DNA of 64,000 bases from Octopus sinensis (Eukaryota). Of this stretch, positions 25,900 to 39,481 are shown one piece after another. A program made the position numbers and the translations under genes. The notes beneath the pieces are model-generated. The model made no database searches, had not been told where the DNA came from, and was given only the letters and a program-made list of their open reading frames with translations. How positions within the stretch are numbered: position 1 is the stretch's first letter; every line of letters begins with the position of its first letter. The stretch is from the NCBI RefSeq assembly GCF_006345805.1, contig NC_043003.1, positions 107,384,001-107,448,000 of the forward strand, read 5' to 3'.

Positions 25900-26959
25900 G
25901 CTGATACCAGAAAATACATTGCATGAAAACTGTAGAGAAAGAAAACATTTATGGAGAACTGATACGAAACCTGCTGCGCTTTTAACTATTCTACAGGTTC
26001 TCATTCGTATCTATTATCTTTGGCACAACGGATCTGCTTAAAAACCTAGAGAAACGGGTTCTCCAAGGAAGAACGAACCAAACTAACCCGTGATCTCCAA
26101 ACATTGTCAATGAGTGACACAGATAAAATTTGGAAAACTTTCAAGAGATTCCTCATGTGAGTTCCTCCATGTTAAACATAAATGACAACCATGTAACCAT
26201 CTCCAGGGATCCCTCTCCATGTGGCCAAGCATACGCTGAAATCCAGTGTATGGAGTGCACGAGCACATAGAAGAATGACGTAATACACGTCTGCATGTTA
26301 TATAATTGCTTTGCTCACTTCAAATTTTGGCACAAGGCCAGCAATTTCGGGGGTGGGGGCTGGAGTGGGGTGGAGGGGGATAAGTTGATAACGTCGACTC
26401 CAGTGTTCAACTTGTACCAATTTTATCGACCCCAAAAGGATGAAAAGAGAAGTCGACCTCGGCGGTATTTGAACTCAGAACGTAAAAGCAAACGAAGTGC
26501 CGCCGCTAAGCAATTTGCCTTCCGTGCTAACGATTCTGCTGGTTTGCCGCTTTGATTACTTATTGATACACTGAATATATTGAAAAGAGAATCTAAAGCA
26601 GAACTAAAATTTGAGAAAAGGGAGACAAATCCGTACGTAATTATAAGGAGTTATCGTCCTTGTTTCTTAAACACTCAGTAACTGTTATATTTTAAAGGTT
26701 TAAAAATATACCGAAAGATAACTAAGTTTATAAGTAACTACAGTTGGTGAACAATGAAGTAAAAGCTATGGAGATACATGTATGTATGTATGTATGTATG
26801 TATGTATGTATGTATGTATGTATGTATGTATGTATGTATGTATGTATGTATGTATGTATGTATGTATGTATGTATGTATGTATGTATGTTTGTATGAATG
26901 TATGTATGTCATTGTTCAGTTTTATCAGGTCATCTCGAATTTTGAATAAAGAAAACAAG

Positions 26960-27925
26960 TGATGAAATGTTATATTTAATTGAAATTTAATCACCAATGT
27001 GCTTTCCTTGATTATCTATGACTTCCTTCCATCTATTTACAAGCTTTTTAATCCCATCAATGTAAAACCCTTTTGGTTTCAAAGCGAAGAACTCTGAAAT
27101 GTCAGTTTCGACCTCCTCCTGGCTTGCGAAAGTTATGTCCCCCAAATGATTCTGTAAACTACAAAACAAATGGTAGTCTGAAGGAGCAAGGTCGGGAGAA
27201 TAAGGTGGATGAGGAATTTTTTCCCAACCAAGCTCTTCATCTTCTATGATGTGATCTTTGCAATGTGGGGTCGAGCATTGTCCTGATGAAACATCACTCC
27301 TTTTAGATTCACTAAAGCTGGTCTTTTTTTCTTCAAAGCTTGGTTCAAACGCTCCAATTGCTGACAGTAGACTTGAGCATTGATTGTTGCATTAGGTGGT
27401 AACAATTCAAAGCGAATTACTCCTTTGCAATCCCACCAGATAGAGAGAAGAACCTTTTTTCCATGAAGTTCCCTTCTCGGTTGTGGTTGAACTTTTCCCC
27501 TTTTACCAAGCCACGTTTAACGTTTCGATAGAAGATCCATTTTTCGTCACCAGTCACAAGTCTATCCAAAAAGGTTGAAATGAGTTCGCGAAAATGGAGA
27601 GAAGAGCAGATGTCAACTTGGGATCTGCGGTTGCTTTCGATAATTCATGAGGCAGCCATTTTAGAAGTTTAGAAACCTTTCCAAGTTGTTGATGATGAAC
27701 AGTTGTATGGTTTGAACTAAGCTTTATTGCCAATTCTTCAACTGATAATGCAGGATTTTCTTCAAGTAATGCCTGAAGGAGCTTATCATCAAACTCAACT
27801 GTACGTCCTGTTCGATCGTCATCTTCAAGGCTGAAATCTTCACACCTGGATTTTGAAAACCATGTTCTGCAATTTCTTTCATTGAAGCATTCTTTCCCAT
27901 AAACTGAATGTATGTATAACATCCT
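26960..27925 (-). pseudogene. Mariner (DD34D) transposase relic, 5'-truncated
   Basis: Reverse frames contain WFSK...FSLEDDDRTGR, KWLPHELS, LVTGDEKWI, HQDNARP and PYSPDLAPSDY, with frameshifts. Confidence 0.9.
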
Positions 27926-28566
27926 CCGATTCTTTTCCGTCCTTGTTTTCATATACATTCCCTGCTTTCTTCCAAGGAATCTAATGCTCGTATCTTAGTT
28001 TTTTCTTGGGGTTGGCCAGATTGGAGCAATCTCGAGTATAACCAGCCGAAATTGCAAAGATAATCTGGAACTCGATTGAGGAAAGAAAACTCCGAATCAC
28101 CCGTCCTTGTTTTCTTTGCATCGTTTGTCTGGATGTTTTGTTGTCCATTTTTTTGTATCACCTGTCTGGATGTTTTGCGTTCTTGTCCTATTTTGTATTT
28201 TATATATATACATATACATATTGCGTATATATGCGTATGTATGTTTATATGCACATATGTTTTTTATATGAGCATATGCGTTTATATATGCAGGCAGATA
28301 TTTATGCGTGTTTATGTGTACTGGAGTTATATATGTGTGTTTTAACGTTTATATATATATATTATTTATGTGTACATAGTTATGTATACGTTATGTGAAA
28401 GTGGGTAATTTATGTATGTATGCATATGTGTACTTGTGTGTGTATATGTATGTATGTATCTATATATAGTATATAATATATATATATAGATATATATATA
28501 CATACATATATATAATACATATTAATAGATATATATATATAATACATACATACATATATATATATA

Positions 28567-28686
28567 TGTGCTGCCGTCCCCAGTAGTGTGGAGCGACTGA
28601 CCTCCTTGTTCGAAGGTTATATGGATACAGTTTGTGTATCAATAGCTAACTTAGGCGATGGCCTATGGAGCTAATAAGCGGACATC
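28567..28686 (+). repeat. Solo fragment of the ~360-bp hammerhead repeat, within (TA)n
   Basis: AGTAGTGTGGAGCGACTGACCTCC...GAGCTAATAAGCGGAC is near-identical to 43178-43282. Confidence 0.85.
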
Positions 28687-28719
28687 TTTATAATATATAT
28701 ATATAATAACTTTTTCAGG

Positions 28720-29719
28720 CGTCCTCGTTATCTGAACATTTCCCAGCCGAACTCTGGACCCTTCGATGTCTCCGACACCGCACTGACATCATCATAAAAC
28801 CGGCCGACAAAGGTGGAGACGTGGTGGTGTGGCGCGCGGACCTCTACAAGGCCGAACATCTCCGTCAACTTCAAGATACCTCCTTCTATTGCCCTCTGCC
28901 CTCTGACCCTACGCCCAGCTACCAACAGACTGTGTTCTCCACTGTCCATTGACCTCATCTCCTCCTCCCGTCTCCCCACACCACCTCCAACCTCATTGTC
29001 AGCACCCCTCGTACCCCCACAATTTACTTCCTCCCCAAAATCGACAAACCTAACAACCCTGGCCATTCCATCGTCTCCGCCTGCAACTGCCCCACCAAAC
29101 TCATCTCCAGATATCTTGACCCTGTCCGTGCCCCTCCTGTGACTTCCTTCCCCTCTCACATCCATGACACCAACCACATGTTTCATCTGTTCAACTCTTT
29201 CTCCTTCTCTCTTGGCCCCTCTAAACTTCTCTTCACTCTCGACATCCAGAGCCTTTACACGTGCACTCCAACATTTCCTTGACCTTCGACCCAACCCCCA
29301 ACCCGACTCATCCACACTCGTTCGTCTGGCCGAAATTGTCCTCTCACTCAACTGTTTCTCGTTCGCTGGTGATTTTTATCAGCAGTTCTCGGGAGTGGCC
29401 ATGGGAACGAGAATGGGCGCCAACTATGCGAACCTCTTCGTTGGTTATGTTGAGGTCCAAAATATTCTCAAGTTTCACTGGTCCCACTCCCGAACTATGT
29501 GGCCGTTATATTGACGACTGTATCGGTGCGACCTCACTCTCCCGCGAACATCTACATTCCTTCCTCTCTTTTGTCAAATCTTTCCCTCCTGTCCTCCAAT
29601 TCTCCTGCAGTATCTCTGACACCACTGTCACTTTTCTTGACATTTCAGTCAGCATTCATCACTCCACTCTCACCACCTCCATCTACTACAAACAGACAGA
29701 CTCACACTCATACCTGAGC
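28720..29719 (+). mobile_element. Penelope-like element reverse transcriptase fragment
   Basis: IIIKPADKGG.VVVW, IYFLPKIDKP..PG..IVS, DIQSLYT, GVAMGTRMG.NYANLF, RYIDD (YIDD at 29507-29518), FLDI.V...TSIYYK.TDSHSYL; frameshifted. Confidence 0.9.
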
Positions 29720-29789
29720 TAAAGGTGGTGTTCCACCATAGCCGCAGTCAAATAACTGAAACAAGTAAATGAAATATACAAGAAACCAA

Positions 29790-30660
29790 AAAAAGATAAC
29801 TCCTCATCAGTTGTTGCACTGTTTATCACTCCCTATTTCGGGATTTTAACGACAATATAGAGAACTTCATAAAACAGCAGCATTCATAAATTTTTTAAAT
29901 ATAAAATTCATGGAGAGTTAGAGCTTCGAACGAACAAACAATAACAACAGAGTGGACGTACAGGGTAAACAATCGACGAAGACAAGCATTAAGGGCCGTT
30001 AGGTCAAGACGCATTGTAATGAATAACGCATGTGAGAAATTTTGAAAGGAAATAGAAGAAATAGAAGAAAAAAGAAGAGAAAAAATGTCGGGAGGCGAGA
30101 GAAACGACGTCCAGCTATGTGCACGTCTGGTCTAGAAAAGACAGAGGCGAGAGAAAAATGGCCACGCAGCCTTGTCCTCAGTGAGTTCTTACGTTTATAT
30201 ATAATTTCTGCGACCCCACACTCTGTTTTCTTTCCCTCTCTCTATCCCTTTATAATCCTCTTTATTTTCTGTTTCTCCCTCCTTCTTCGCTGTCCCCTGT
30301 CTTTTTTCCACTCCTTACTATCTTTTGTTCCTTCTGCCTTCTCCTCACTCTCTTTGTTTCTTTCCCTCATCCTCTCTCTTGTTCCCCCTCCCCTCTACCT
30401 ATTGGTCACACATGACTACAGGCCATTTTTCTCACGTCTCTGTCTTTTCTGGACCAGACGTTTACATAGCTGGACGTCATTTCACTCGCCTCCCGACATA
30501 TTTTCTCTTCTATTTTCTGTTCTTCTATTTCTTCTATATCGTTCGAAGCTCTAACTCTCCATGAATTTTATATTTTAAAAATTTCTGGATGCTTCTGGCT
30601 TATGAAGTTCCCTATATTGTCGTTAACAGCACTGATGAGGAGTTATCTTCCTTTGGTATT
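29790..30660. repeat. Imperfect long inverted repeat
   Basis: 29790-29935 mirrors 30535-30660, and 30050-30175 mirrors 30420-30535. A related copy lies at about 32970-33140. Confidence 0.7.
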
Positions 30661-30747
30661 TTGTCCTGAACTTGTTTCTCGTTGTGTTTACGTATTTTTC
30701 ACTCGTTGTTGATGTCCTGTACTTAATATGTATTTCATATATATGTA

Positions 30748-31915
30748 CAGGGGTTGGACAAAATAATGGAAACACCTAGCATCATAGCATCACAATTTTG
30801 AAATATCTATAAAACCGTCAAACGCTTTTTTATTTTTATGCTTTTTGATTTATTATGAGTGTTGTTTAATATGTTTTGCTGAAATTGATGTGTCTTTTCA
30901 GACATCATCAGAAAAAGGTAATTAAAATTCATTAAAATGACAGATATATCGGACTTTCAAAGAGGTCAAATTGTTGGTGCTCGTATGGCAGGCGCTAGCG
31001 TAATAAAAAACATCCGAAATGTTTGGTGTATCAATAAGTACTGTCTTGAAAGTTGAGAAATAGGGAAAAAACCTCCTCGTCGAAACAAAACTCCAGAAGA
31101 AAGCCAAAACTTTCAGATAGGGATCGTCGGACTCTTACGCGAATTGTTAGAAAGGATCACAAAGGAACAGCTGCCAAAATTACTGCAGAGCTTAATGTTC
31201 ACCCCGAGGACGCAGTTTCCACAAAGCCAAATTTCACGACGTTGCAAAGCGTTTAGAGTAGAGTAAAAACCTACAGAATTGGTCTCTAAAGCAGCGGGAA
31301 AATGTTATTTTCTCGGACGAGTGATCTTTTACCTTATTTCCGACCACCGGCCGAGTATACATGTGGAGACAGCCAAAAGAAGCATTTGACCCAGACTGCT
31401 TTCTTCCAACTGTTAAACATGGAGGGAGATCTGTAATGATCTGGGGGTGGAAATCCGCCGGCCCAATGGTTTCCCTTCATGGCAGAACTAATAGTCAAGA
31501 CTATTTAATCATTTTATCTTATCAAATTCATCCTATGTTTGCGGAACTGTTTCCGGAGAGAAATGCAACCTTTCAGGATAATAATGCACCAATTCACACA
31601 GCTAAAGTTGTTACTGAATGGCACGAGGAACATTCTAGTGAAGTTGAACATTTTATCTGGCCACCACAGTCCCCAGATCTCAATATTATTGAAAATTTAT
31701 GGTACATTTTAGAAAAACAAGGAGTCGATATCCTCCACCATCATCACCACAAGAACTGGAGACTCTTTTAGCTGAAGAATGGACAAAAATTCCTTTGGAA
31801 ACAATTCAAAGTTTGTACGAGTTCATACCTCGTAGAATTCAAGTTGTAATTATTGCCAAAGGCGGTTCTAATCCATATTAAAATGAATTTTTTTGAATTT
31901 TTAAGCTGTTTCCAT

Positions 31916-31933
<18 letters not shown>
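30748..31933 (+). mobile_element. Tc1-like (DD34E) transposon relic, 1186 bp
   Basis: TIRs CAGGGGTTGGACAAAATAATGGAAACA / TGTTTCCATTATTTTGTCCAATACTTG with TA on both sides. Transposase motifs VIFSDE, TVKHGGRSVMIWG, FQDNNAPIH, WPPQSPDLNIIENLW; stops and frameshifts present. Confidence 0.92.
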
Positions 31934-32662
<729 letters not shown>

Positions 32663-32682
32663 TATATATAATATATATTATA

Positions 32683-32729
<47 letters not shown>

Positions 32730-33968
32730 GCGTGGCTGTGTGGTAAGAAGCTTGCTTCCCAACCATATGGCTCCGGGTTCAGTTCCACTGCGTGGCCACC
32801 TTGGGCAAGTATCTTCTACTATAGCCTCAATCCGACAAAAGCCTTGTGAGTAGATTTCGTAAACGGAAACTGAAAGAAGCCCATCGTATATATATATATA
32901 TATATATATACTGTGATACTCCATAAATCCAAAAATTTATTTTGGTATTTATGGGACCAACTGTCTTCGAAGACTCATATTGTCGTTGAATGCTCGAAAT
33001 GAGGAGCAGATATACAGTTGACAACTGATGAAGGGTCGTTCTTTGTGTTACTTGTCCTGTTTTCCATTTTTCTCTCGTTGTTTGCGTATTTAACTTGTTT
33101 AGTTTCGTATTTCATGTTGATTACTGTTGGTGACGTCATGTACCCATATATGTATATATATATGTATATATGTATGCATCTGTGTGTGTATGTGTGTATG
33201 TATGCCTTTGTATGTGTGTGTGTTTTTCGCCCATCATCGCTTGAGAACCGGTGTTGGTGAGTTTACATTCCTGTAACTTAGCGGTTCCGCAAAGGTGACC
33301 GATACAATAAGTACAAGGCTTAAAAAATACTGGTGTCGATTCGTTCGACTAAAAATTCCTCAAGGTGGTGCCCCAGCATGGCCGCAGTCTAACGACTGAA
33401 ACTAGTGACAAACAAAAGTTAAAAGAAGCCAGTAATTTTACGGGATGGGGAGATGAGTTCAACTGGTACTTATCGATTCCGAAACGGTGAAAAGTAAAGT
33501 CGACCTTGGCGGAATTTGAACTCAGAACGTAAAGCTGGAAGAAATGCCGTGAAGCATTTCGTCCGGCGTGCTAACGTTTCTGCCAGTTCGCCGCCTTAGA
33601 ATATTATTCTTACTCAGCTTTAATCACTTACGTACGTTTCAAATGGTTTGACGAACTGTTTCCGCACCATACGATAGTTTACCTTTTACCTTTTACTCAT
33701 TTCAGCCTTTGAACTGCGGCCATGTTGGAGCATCACCTTCAAGAAATTTAGTCGAAGGAATCAAGCCCATTATTCATTAAAAAAAATTTTTTAGAGCCTG
33801 GTATTTATTCTATCGGACTCCTTTTGTCGAAGCGCAAAGTTACGGGTACGTAAACACAGCGACAGCAGTCGTCAAGCGGTGGTGGGGGACAACTGTATAT
33901 ACACACACACAAACACACACATTCACACACACAAACAAACACACACGTACACACACACACAAACAAAC

Positions 33969-34001
<33 letters not shown>

Positions 34002-35009
34002 CACACATACACACACACATACACACAAACACACACACACATACACACACACAACGGTCTTCTTTCAGTTTTCCTCTACCAAATCCACTCAAAAGGCTTT
34101 AGGCGGCCCAAGGTGTCACGCACTGGGACTGAACATGGAACCACGTAGTTGGGAAGCAAGCTTCTTACCACACAACTACGCCTGTCCTTATACATGCAAA
34201 ATCTATCAATTAATTAATCAATCAATTAATTAATTAATACAACAGTTATCTGCCAATCATTCTCACCAGAGCATAAAAATTATTCTATTGCTTTTTGAAA
34301 TCTACAACAAACAAAATATGTGGAAGGAGAATGCAGAGAACGGCCATATCAGATTAGCTTCTCGGATTTAGTATCTCCTTGCCAAATTCAAAATCTTAGG
34401 GGGTCAAGATGTCATTGTTAGTTTTCTCTATCTATGGCAACTTGTCTGTTCCCTTTTCAATTGCCCCCCTTCCGCGTCACCAAGGGGGAAGAGTTTCACT
34501 TCCTCCATGAGTAGCGTTCCACTAACCTTCACGTGACGTGATTCCAGTTAGAGACGAAGATTTGGCGCAGTCATTAGATGCGAGAATATTTCTTGCCGTA
34601 TTTGCCCCGGGTTCTTGCGCTCCGAGTTCAAGCTCTTGTCTTTCACCTTTTCAGGGCTGATAAATATAGAACAAGTCCAGGGCAGTCGATTGGTGGGGCA
34701 ACCACTAAAGAGATTATTTGATAACTCATTTAAAATAAGTTTCATGGTTAAGTAGAGTTTAGCACGGGAAGAGGCGGGAGCAGTGTATGATAAACATGTG
34801 TTCTATACACTTGTGCCACGCGTACACGAATGAGTGTCAGCATGCATATATATGCATGTCTCGTGGTGGGTGGCATGTCGTTAGTTTCTGCCGACGAAAT
34901 TGTAACTTCTTCTCGCCTTCGTGGCTGTTTGGTTGAGAAGTTTGCTTACGAACCACATGGTTCCGGGTTCAGTCCCACTGCGTGGCACCTTGGGAAAGTG
35001 TCTTCTACT

Positions 35010-35595
35010 ATATATTTCTTTATTTCCCCCAAGGGGCTAACCATAGAGGGGACAAACAAGGACAGACAAACGGATTAAGTCGATTACATCGACACCAGTG
35101 GTACTTAATTTATCGACCCCGAAAGGATGAAAGGCAAATTTGAGCTCGAAGGAACTTGAAATTTGAACGTAATGACGGACTAAATACCCATTTTTTAAAT
35201 ATCCACAAGGGGCTAAACACAGAGAGGACAAACAAGGACAGAAAAAAGGATTAAGTCGATTATATCGACCCCAGTGCGTAACTGGTACTTATTTAATCGA
35301 CCCGGAAAGGAAAGGCAAAGTCGATCTCGGCGGAATTTGAACTCAGAATGTAGCGGCAGACGAAATACCTATTTCTTTACTACCCACAAGGGGCCAAACA
35401 TAGAGGGGACAAACAAGGACAGACAAACGGATTAAGTCGATTACATCGACCCCAGTGTGTAACTGGTACTTTATTTATCGACCCCGAAAGGATGAAAGGC
35501 AAAGTCGACCTCGGTGGAATTTGAACTCCGAACGTAACGGCAGATGAAATACCGCTAAGCTTTTCGCCCGGCGCGCTAACGTTTCTGCCAGCTCG
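35010..35595 (-). mobile_element. SINE family C multimer
   Basis: Repeated Nin-like core units on the reverse strand. Confidence 0.75.
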
Positions 35596-36655
35596 CCTAT
35601 TGTCTTCTACTATAGCCTTGGGCTGACCAAAGCCTTGTGTGTGGATTTGGTAGATGGAAACTGAAAGAAGCCCGTCGTATGCACACACACACACGCACGC
35701 ACACAGACACAATGAGATAGATAGACAGACAGACAGACAGACACACACACATGCTACAGCATCGCCGCAATCTAATGACTGAAACAGGTAAAAGATATGT
35801 GTGTGTATGCTTGACAACCGGTGTTGGCATGTTTACATCCACGTGACCTAACAGTTTGACCAAAGAAGCCGATAGAATAAATACCACACTAAAAAAAAAA
35901 GAAAAAGTCCTGAGGTCGATTCGTTCGACTAAAAATTCCTGAATCCAGTGCTCCAGCATGGCCACAGTCGAATGGCTGAAACAAGCAAAAGACAAAAGAC
36001 AGAGGTTCTTGTGACTCTCTGTCGCCATCCAATTCCATTATTGCGAATTGGAACTGGGAGCTGGAGACTTTGTGAATCTTTTATTCGCTGATTACGCAAC
36101 CGTGGACGCCGCGCCGCCGCCGCTATGGATGCGATGCAGTTCCTCTCTTGGTAGACCTTGTGGATTCTGATCGTTGATCTTCTAGGATTCCTCCGCTCAG
36201 CATCAATGTAAGACGCACCAGTGGCTCTCCATGTCTTCACCGTATCCCTGGCCGGGTGGCTGAACGGGTGCGAAAGGCAGGCCGTAACTATGCAGGGCAC
36301 GGTCGTCACCCAAAGAGGTATTTTCACAGTACCCTCATACCCGGTATATTATACTATACTTTGATACTGCTTGGACTGGGATCCCCGTTGCCAGGTCACA
36401 CGTATGCCATTATAATTATTTGAAGTGTTTAAGCTTACTAATTTGGACGGTCAACAGACGGAATGTCACTCTGGTGCAATGGTAAGGACATCTGTGACTG
36501 TTTACAGCAGATATCGCCTTTGAATGTTTCGTAGATAATGTTAGATATCACATCTCATGTATGTATGTCTTATATCACACACACACGCACACAAATGTAT
36601 GTATGTATGTATGTATGTATGTATGTACGTACGTGTGTGTGTGTATGTATGTATG

Positions 36656-36700
<45 letters not shown>

Positions 36701-36925
36701 GAAATATTAAAATAACTAAGTCTCTTAAAAGAGAACAGCGGCAGCGTTCCCGGAAAATAATAGTTATCGCCATTACTAATATGGCATTCTTATAAAAATA
36801 AGAAAAAGCTGTCCGCTTGTTAGCTCCATGAGGCCATCGCCTTAAGTTAGCTATTTGATACACAAACTGTATCCATATAACCTTTGAACAAGGGAGGTCA
36901 GTCGCTCCACACTACTTGACCGGCA

Positions 36926-36969
36926 GCTACAGACGCGCGTTTCGGGGTATTGCCCCTTTTCAATGCAGC
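36926..36969 (-). ncRNA. Type I hammerhead motif, U3-A8 variant (copy A)
   Basis: Reverse strand GCTGCA-TTGAAAA-GGGG-CAATA-CCCC-GAAA-CGCGCG-TC^TGTAGC. Confidence 0.75.
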
Positions 36970-37282
36970 GTAGCCAGCCAGTAGGGTCGCTTCCGACAAT
37001 CTCTGTTCGATGGTTTTATTTACCTAGCTTCGGTGGAATACATCCACTTGTTTTCAATAATAGAAATATTAAAATAACTAAGTCTTTTAAAAGAGAACAG
37101 CGCAGCGTTCCCGGAAAATAATAGTATCGCCATACTAATATGGCATTTCTTCAAATAAGAAAAAGCTGTCCGCTTGTTAGCTCCATGAGGCCATCGCCTT
37201 AAGTTAGCTATTTGATACACAAACTGTATCCATATAACCTTCGAACAAGGGAGGTCAGTCGCTCCACACTACTTGACCGGCA

Positions 37283-37324
37283 GCTACAGACGCGTTTCGG
37301 GGTATTGCCCCTTTTCAATGCAGT
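37283..37324 (-). ncRNA. Type I hammerhead motif, U3-A8 variant (copy B)
   Basis: Reverse strand ACTGCA-TTGAAAA-GGGG-CAATA-CCCC-GAAA-CGCG-TC^TGTAGC. Confidence 0.75.
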
Positions 37325-38034
37325 GTAGCCAGCCAGTAGGTGTCGCTTCCGACAATCTCTGTTCGATGGTTTTATTTACCTAGCTTCGGTGGAATACATC
37401 CACTTGTTTTCAATAATAGAAATATTAAAATAACTAAGTCTCTTTAAAAGAGAACAGCGGCAGTAGTGTGGAGCGACTGACCTCCCTTGTTCGAAGGTTA
37501 TATGGATACAGTTTGTGTATCAAATAGCTAACTTAAGGCGATGGCCTCATGGAGCTAATAAGCGGACAGCTTTTTTCTTATTTTTATAAGAATGCCATAT
37601 TAGTATGGCGATAACTATTATTTTCCGGGAACGCTGCCGCTGTTCTCTTTTAGAGAGACTTAGTTATTTTAATATTTCTATTATTGAAAACAAGTGGATG
37701 TATTCCACCGAAACTAGGTAAATAAAACCATCGAACAGAGATTGTCGGAAGCGACACCTACTGATTTTTCCTTGGATTACGTCGGATTATTTTACGCTGT
37801 AAGCTGTTATGTTAGTTCGTTCTGTTCTGGATTTAAACGTACACTTTTTGGAGTATTAACTTGTGGAACAAAGTAATTTTCACCCTTCGGGGTAGAAAAT
37901 TTCTTTTTATATATGAACTTAATTCAGTGTGGAATTAATTTTTATCTTGTCTCTGTGACAAGTCACTTGCATTTTAATATGGATCTTGACTTAACGTCAA
38001 ATTCTGATTTTCCAAGATGGGAGAGTTATAAAAA

Positions 38035-39457
38035 ATGGAAATCAAATGGATACAAAGGAGAAACAAAGTTTTTCGGAAGCCGTTGGAGGCAATGTTATAG
38101 AACTGGAAGTAACATGGAGGATCTCTTCAAGTTCAGAAAGTTCATACAAAGGAATGGAGAAGAAACGAGAATATACCGCCCCCTGACACCCTACAAGCAA
38201 TCCGTGAGAAGAGACGGTAATTTATAAGGTATATAATATTAAGGAAAAAAAGATTGCAGATGTAAGAAATGAATTGGTAGAACGGTGCATGGCACCAATT
38301 TGGAACAAGGTTCGCTATGTTGGCCGAGGAGTGAGAAGCGCTACTATTGAAGCGCATTTCGAGTCGGCTAGCATAGCGAAGGAAATTTCAACTCAAACGT
38401 TGAAGAGTGCAGACATCCTGTTGCTGCCCACGTACTTAGGGCGCAGAACAGCTAAGATAACAATAGAGGATATACCAACAGGTTACGATGTAATGTGGGC
38501 AGCAACAGCGGTCGTATTCGACGTAGAAGAGAAATTAAAACATTTTAAACATGAGGATGAAAGAGGCAAAATTTTGGAAAGGTCAGCAGCTTGAAATGAT
38601 CGTTCAAGCTGACAATGCAACGCTGGAGAGTTTGCCAGACAGGGTCTTCGTGGGGGATGGACACACTGCGCGGGTATCGGTGGAGGGACGTAGGCCCAGA
38701 TGTTTCAAATGTGGGCAGAAGGGTCACGTCCGCTCAGAGTGCAAAAAGAAAAAAACCCGTTAATGCCCCATTCAAACCGCTGTGGAGAACAGCAGACATC
38801 ACAGCAACAACAAAAGAGAATACCCGGAAAAGCAAAATGAAAGTCAAAAGGAGGAAAAGAAAATGAATGGAAAACAAAGCGAAAACGAAAACGAGGTGGA
38901 AATATTTTATCAAATGGAAAAGAACTGGAAGTAATGGAATATACGACTGTAACCAACAAAAGAAGAAATCCAATCCCCGGACTCCCCACCCCAAACAAAA
39001 AAAAACAAACGCAGAAGAACAACACAAAAAAATTATCCAATCCCACCCCGCTGGCACTACTTTTGTAGGCCAGCATTTCATTAAACCCCACCCCCAACTT
39101 TAAAAGGATTCAAAAAAACCGATAGGTGCATTGCTTATAACACAAAAAACGAGAGAGTAGTTTGTACATAAAGGCGAAACCAAACATAAAATGTTTCAAA
39201 TCATCGGAAAAAACCCGGATTGGAGGTATGCGAAGGTTGGAGAGGAGGAATGGAAGGAGAGACTATTCCAACTACACGTGAGGGACAACCTGATTAAAGA
39301 TGTCACACAAGAGGTGATAGCTGGAAAATTGAATATTAGCCCGGCAGCCACTCCATCCCCCAGAGCCCGGTGGCAACGCCGGTTAAATGCCCAGCAACAA
39401 CGGAGAGTGTGGGGAGGCAGGCAGACAAAAGCTGCCATGCTCCTCTCACAACCGTAA
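38035..39457 (+). pseudogene. Tx1 ORF1 (gag-like, CCHC zinc knuckle), frameshifted as given
   Basis: KQSFSEAVGG at the N-terminus and RPRCFKCGQKGHVRSEC knuckle at about 38700-38745, then a basic low-complexity tail. Boundaries approximate. Confidence 0.75.
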
Positions 39458-39481
39458 GTAACAAACTTTCTTCATTCATCG

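Larger units (their letters stand above)
36697..37763. repeat. ~360-bp retrozyme-like tandem repeat: ~2.1 units on the minus strand, then an inverted plus-strand unit interrupted by Tx1
   Basis: Unit starts at 36697, 37059 and 37415 (periods 362 and 356). Inversion junction near 37462. Left flank is (TA)n. Confidence 0.92.

Noticed and set aside
27985-28070. Hammerhead-like framing (TATCTT/AAGATA, GGTTGG/CCAGCC, GAAA)
   Set aside because: There is no NUGANNA core between the stems.
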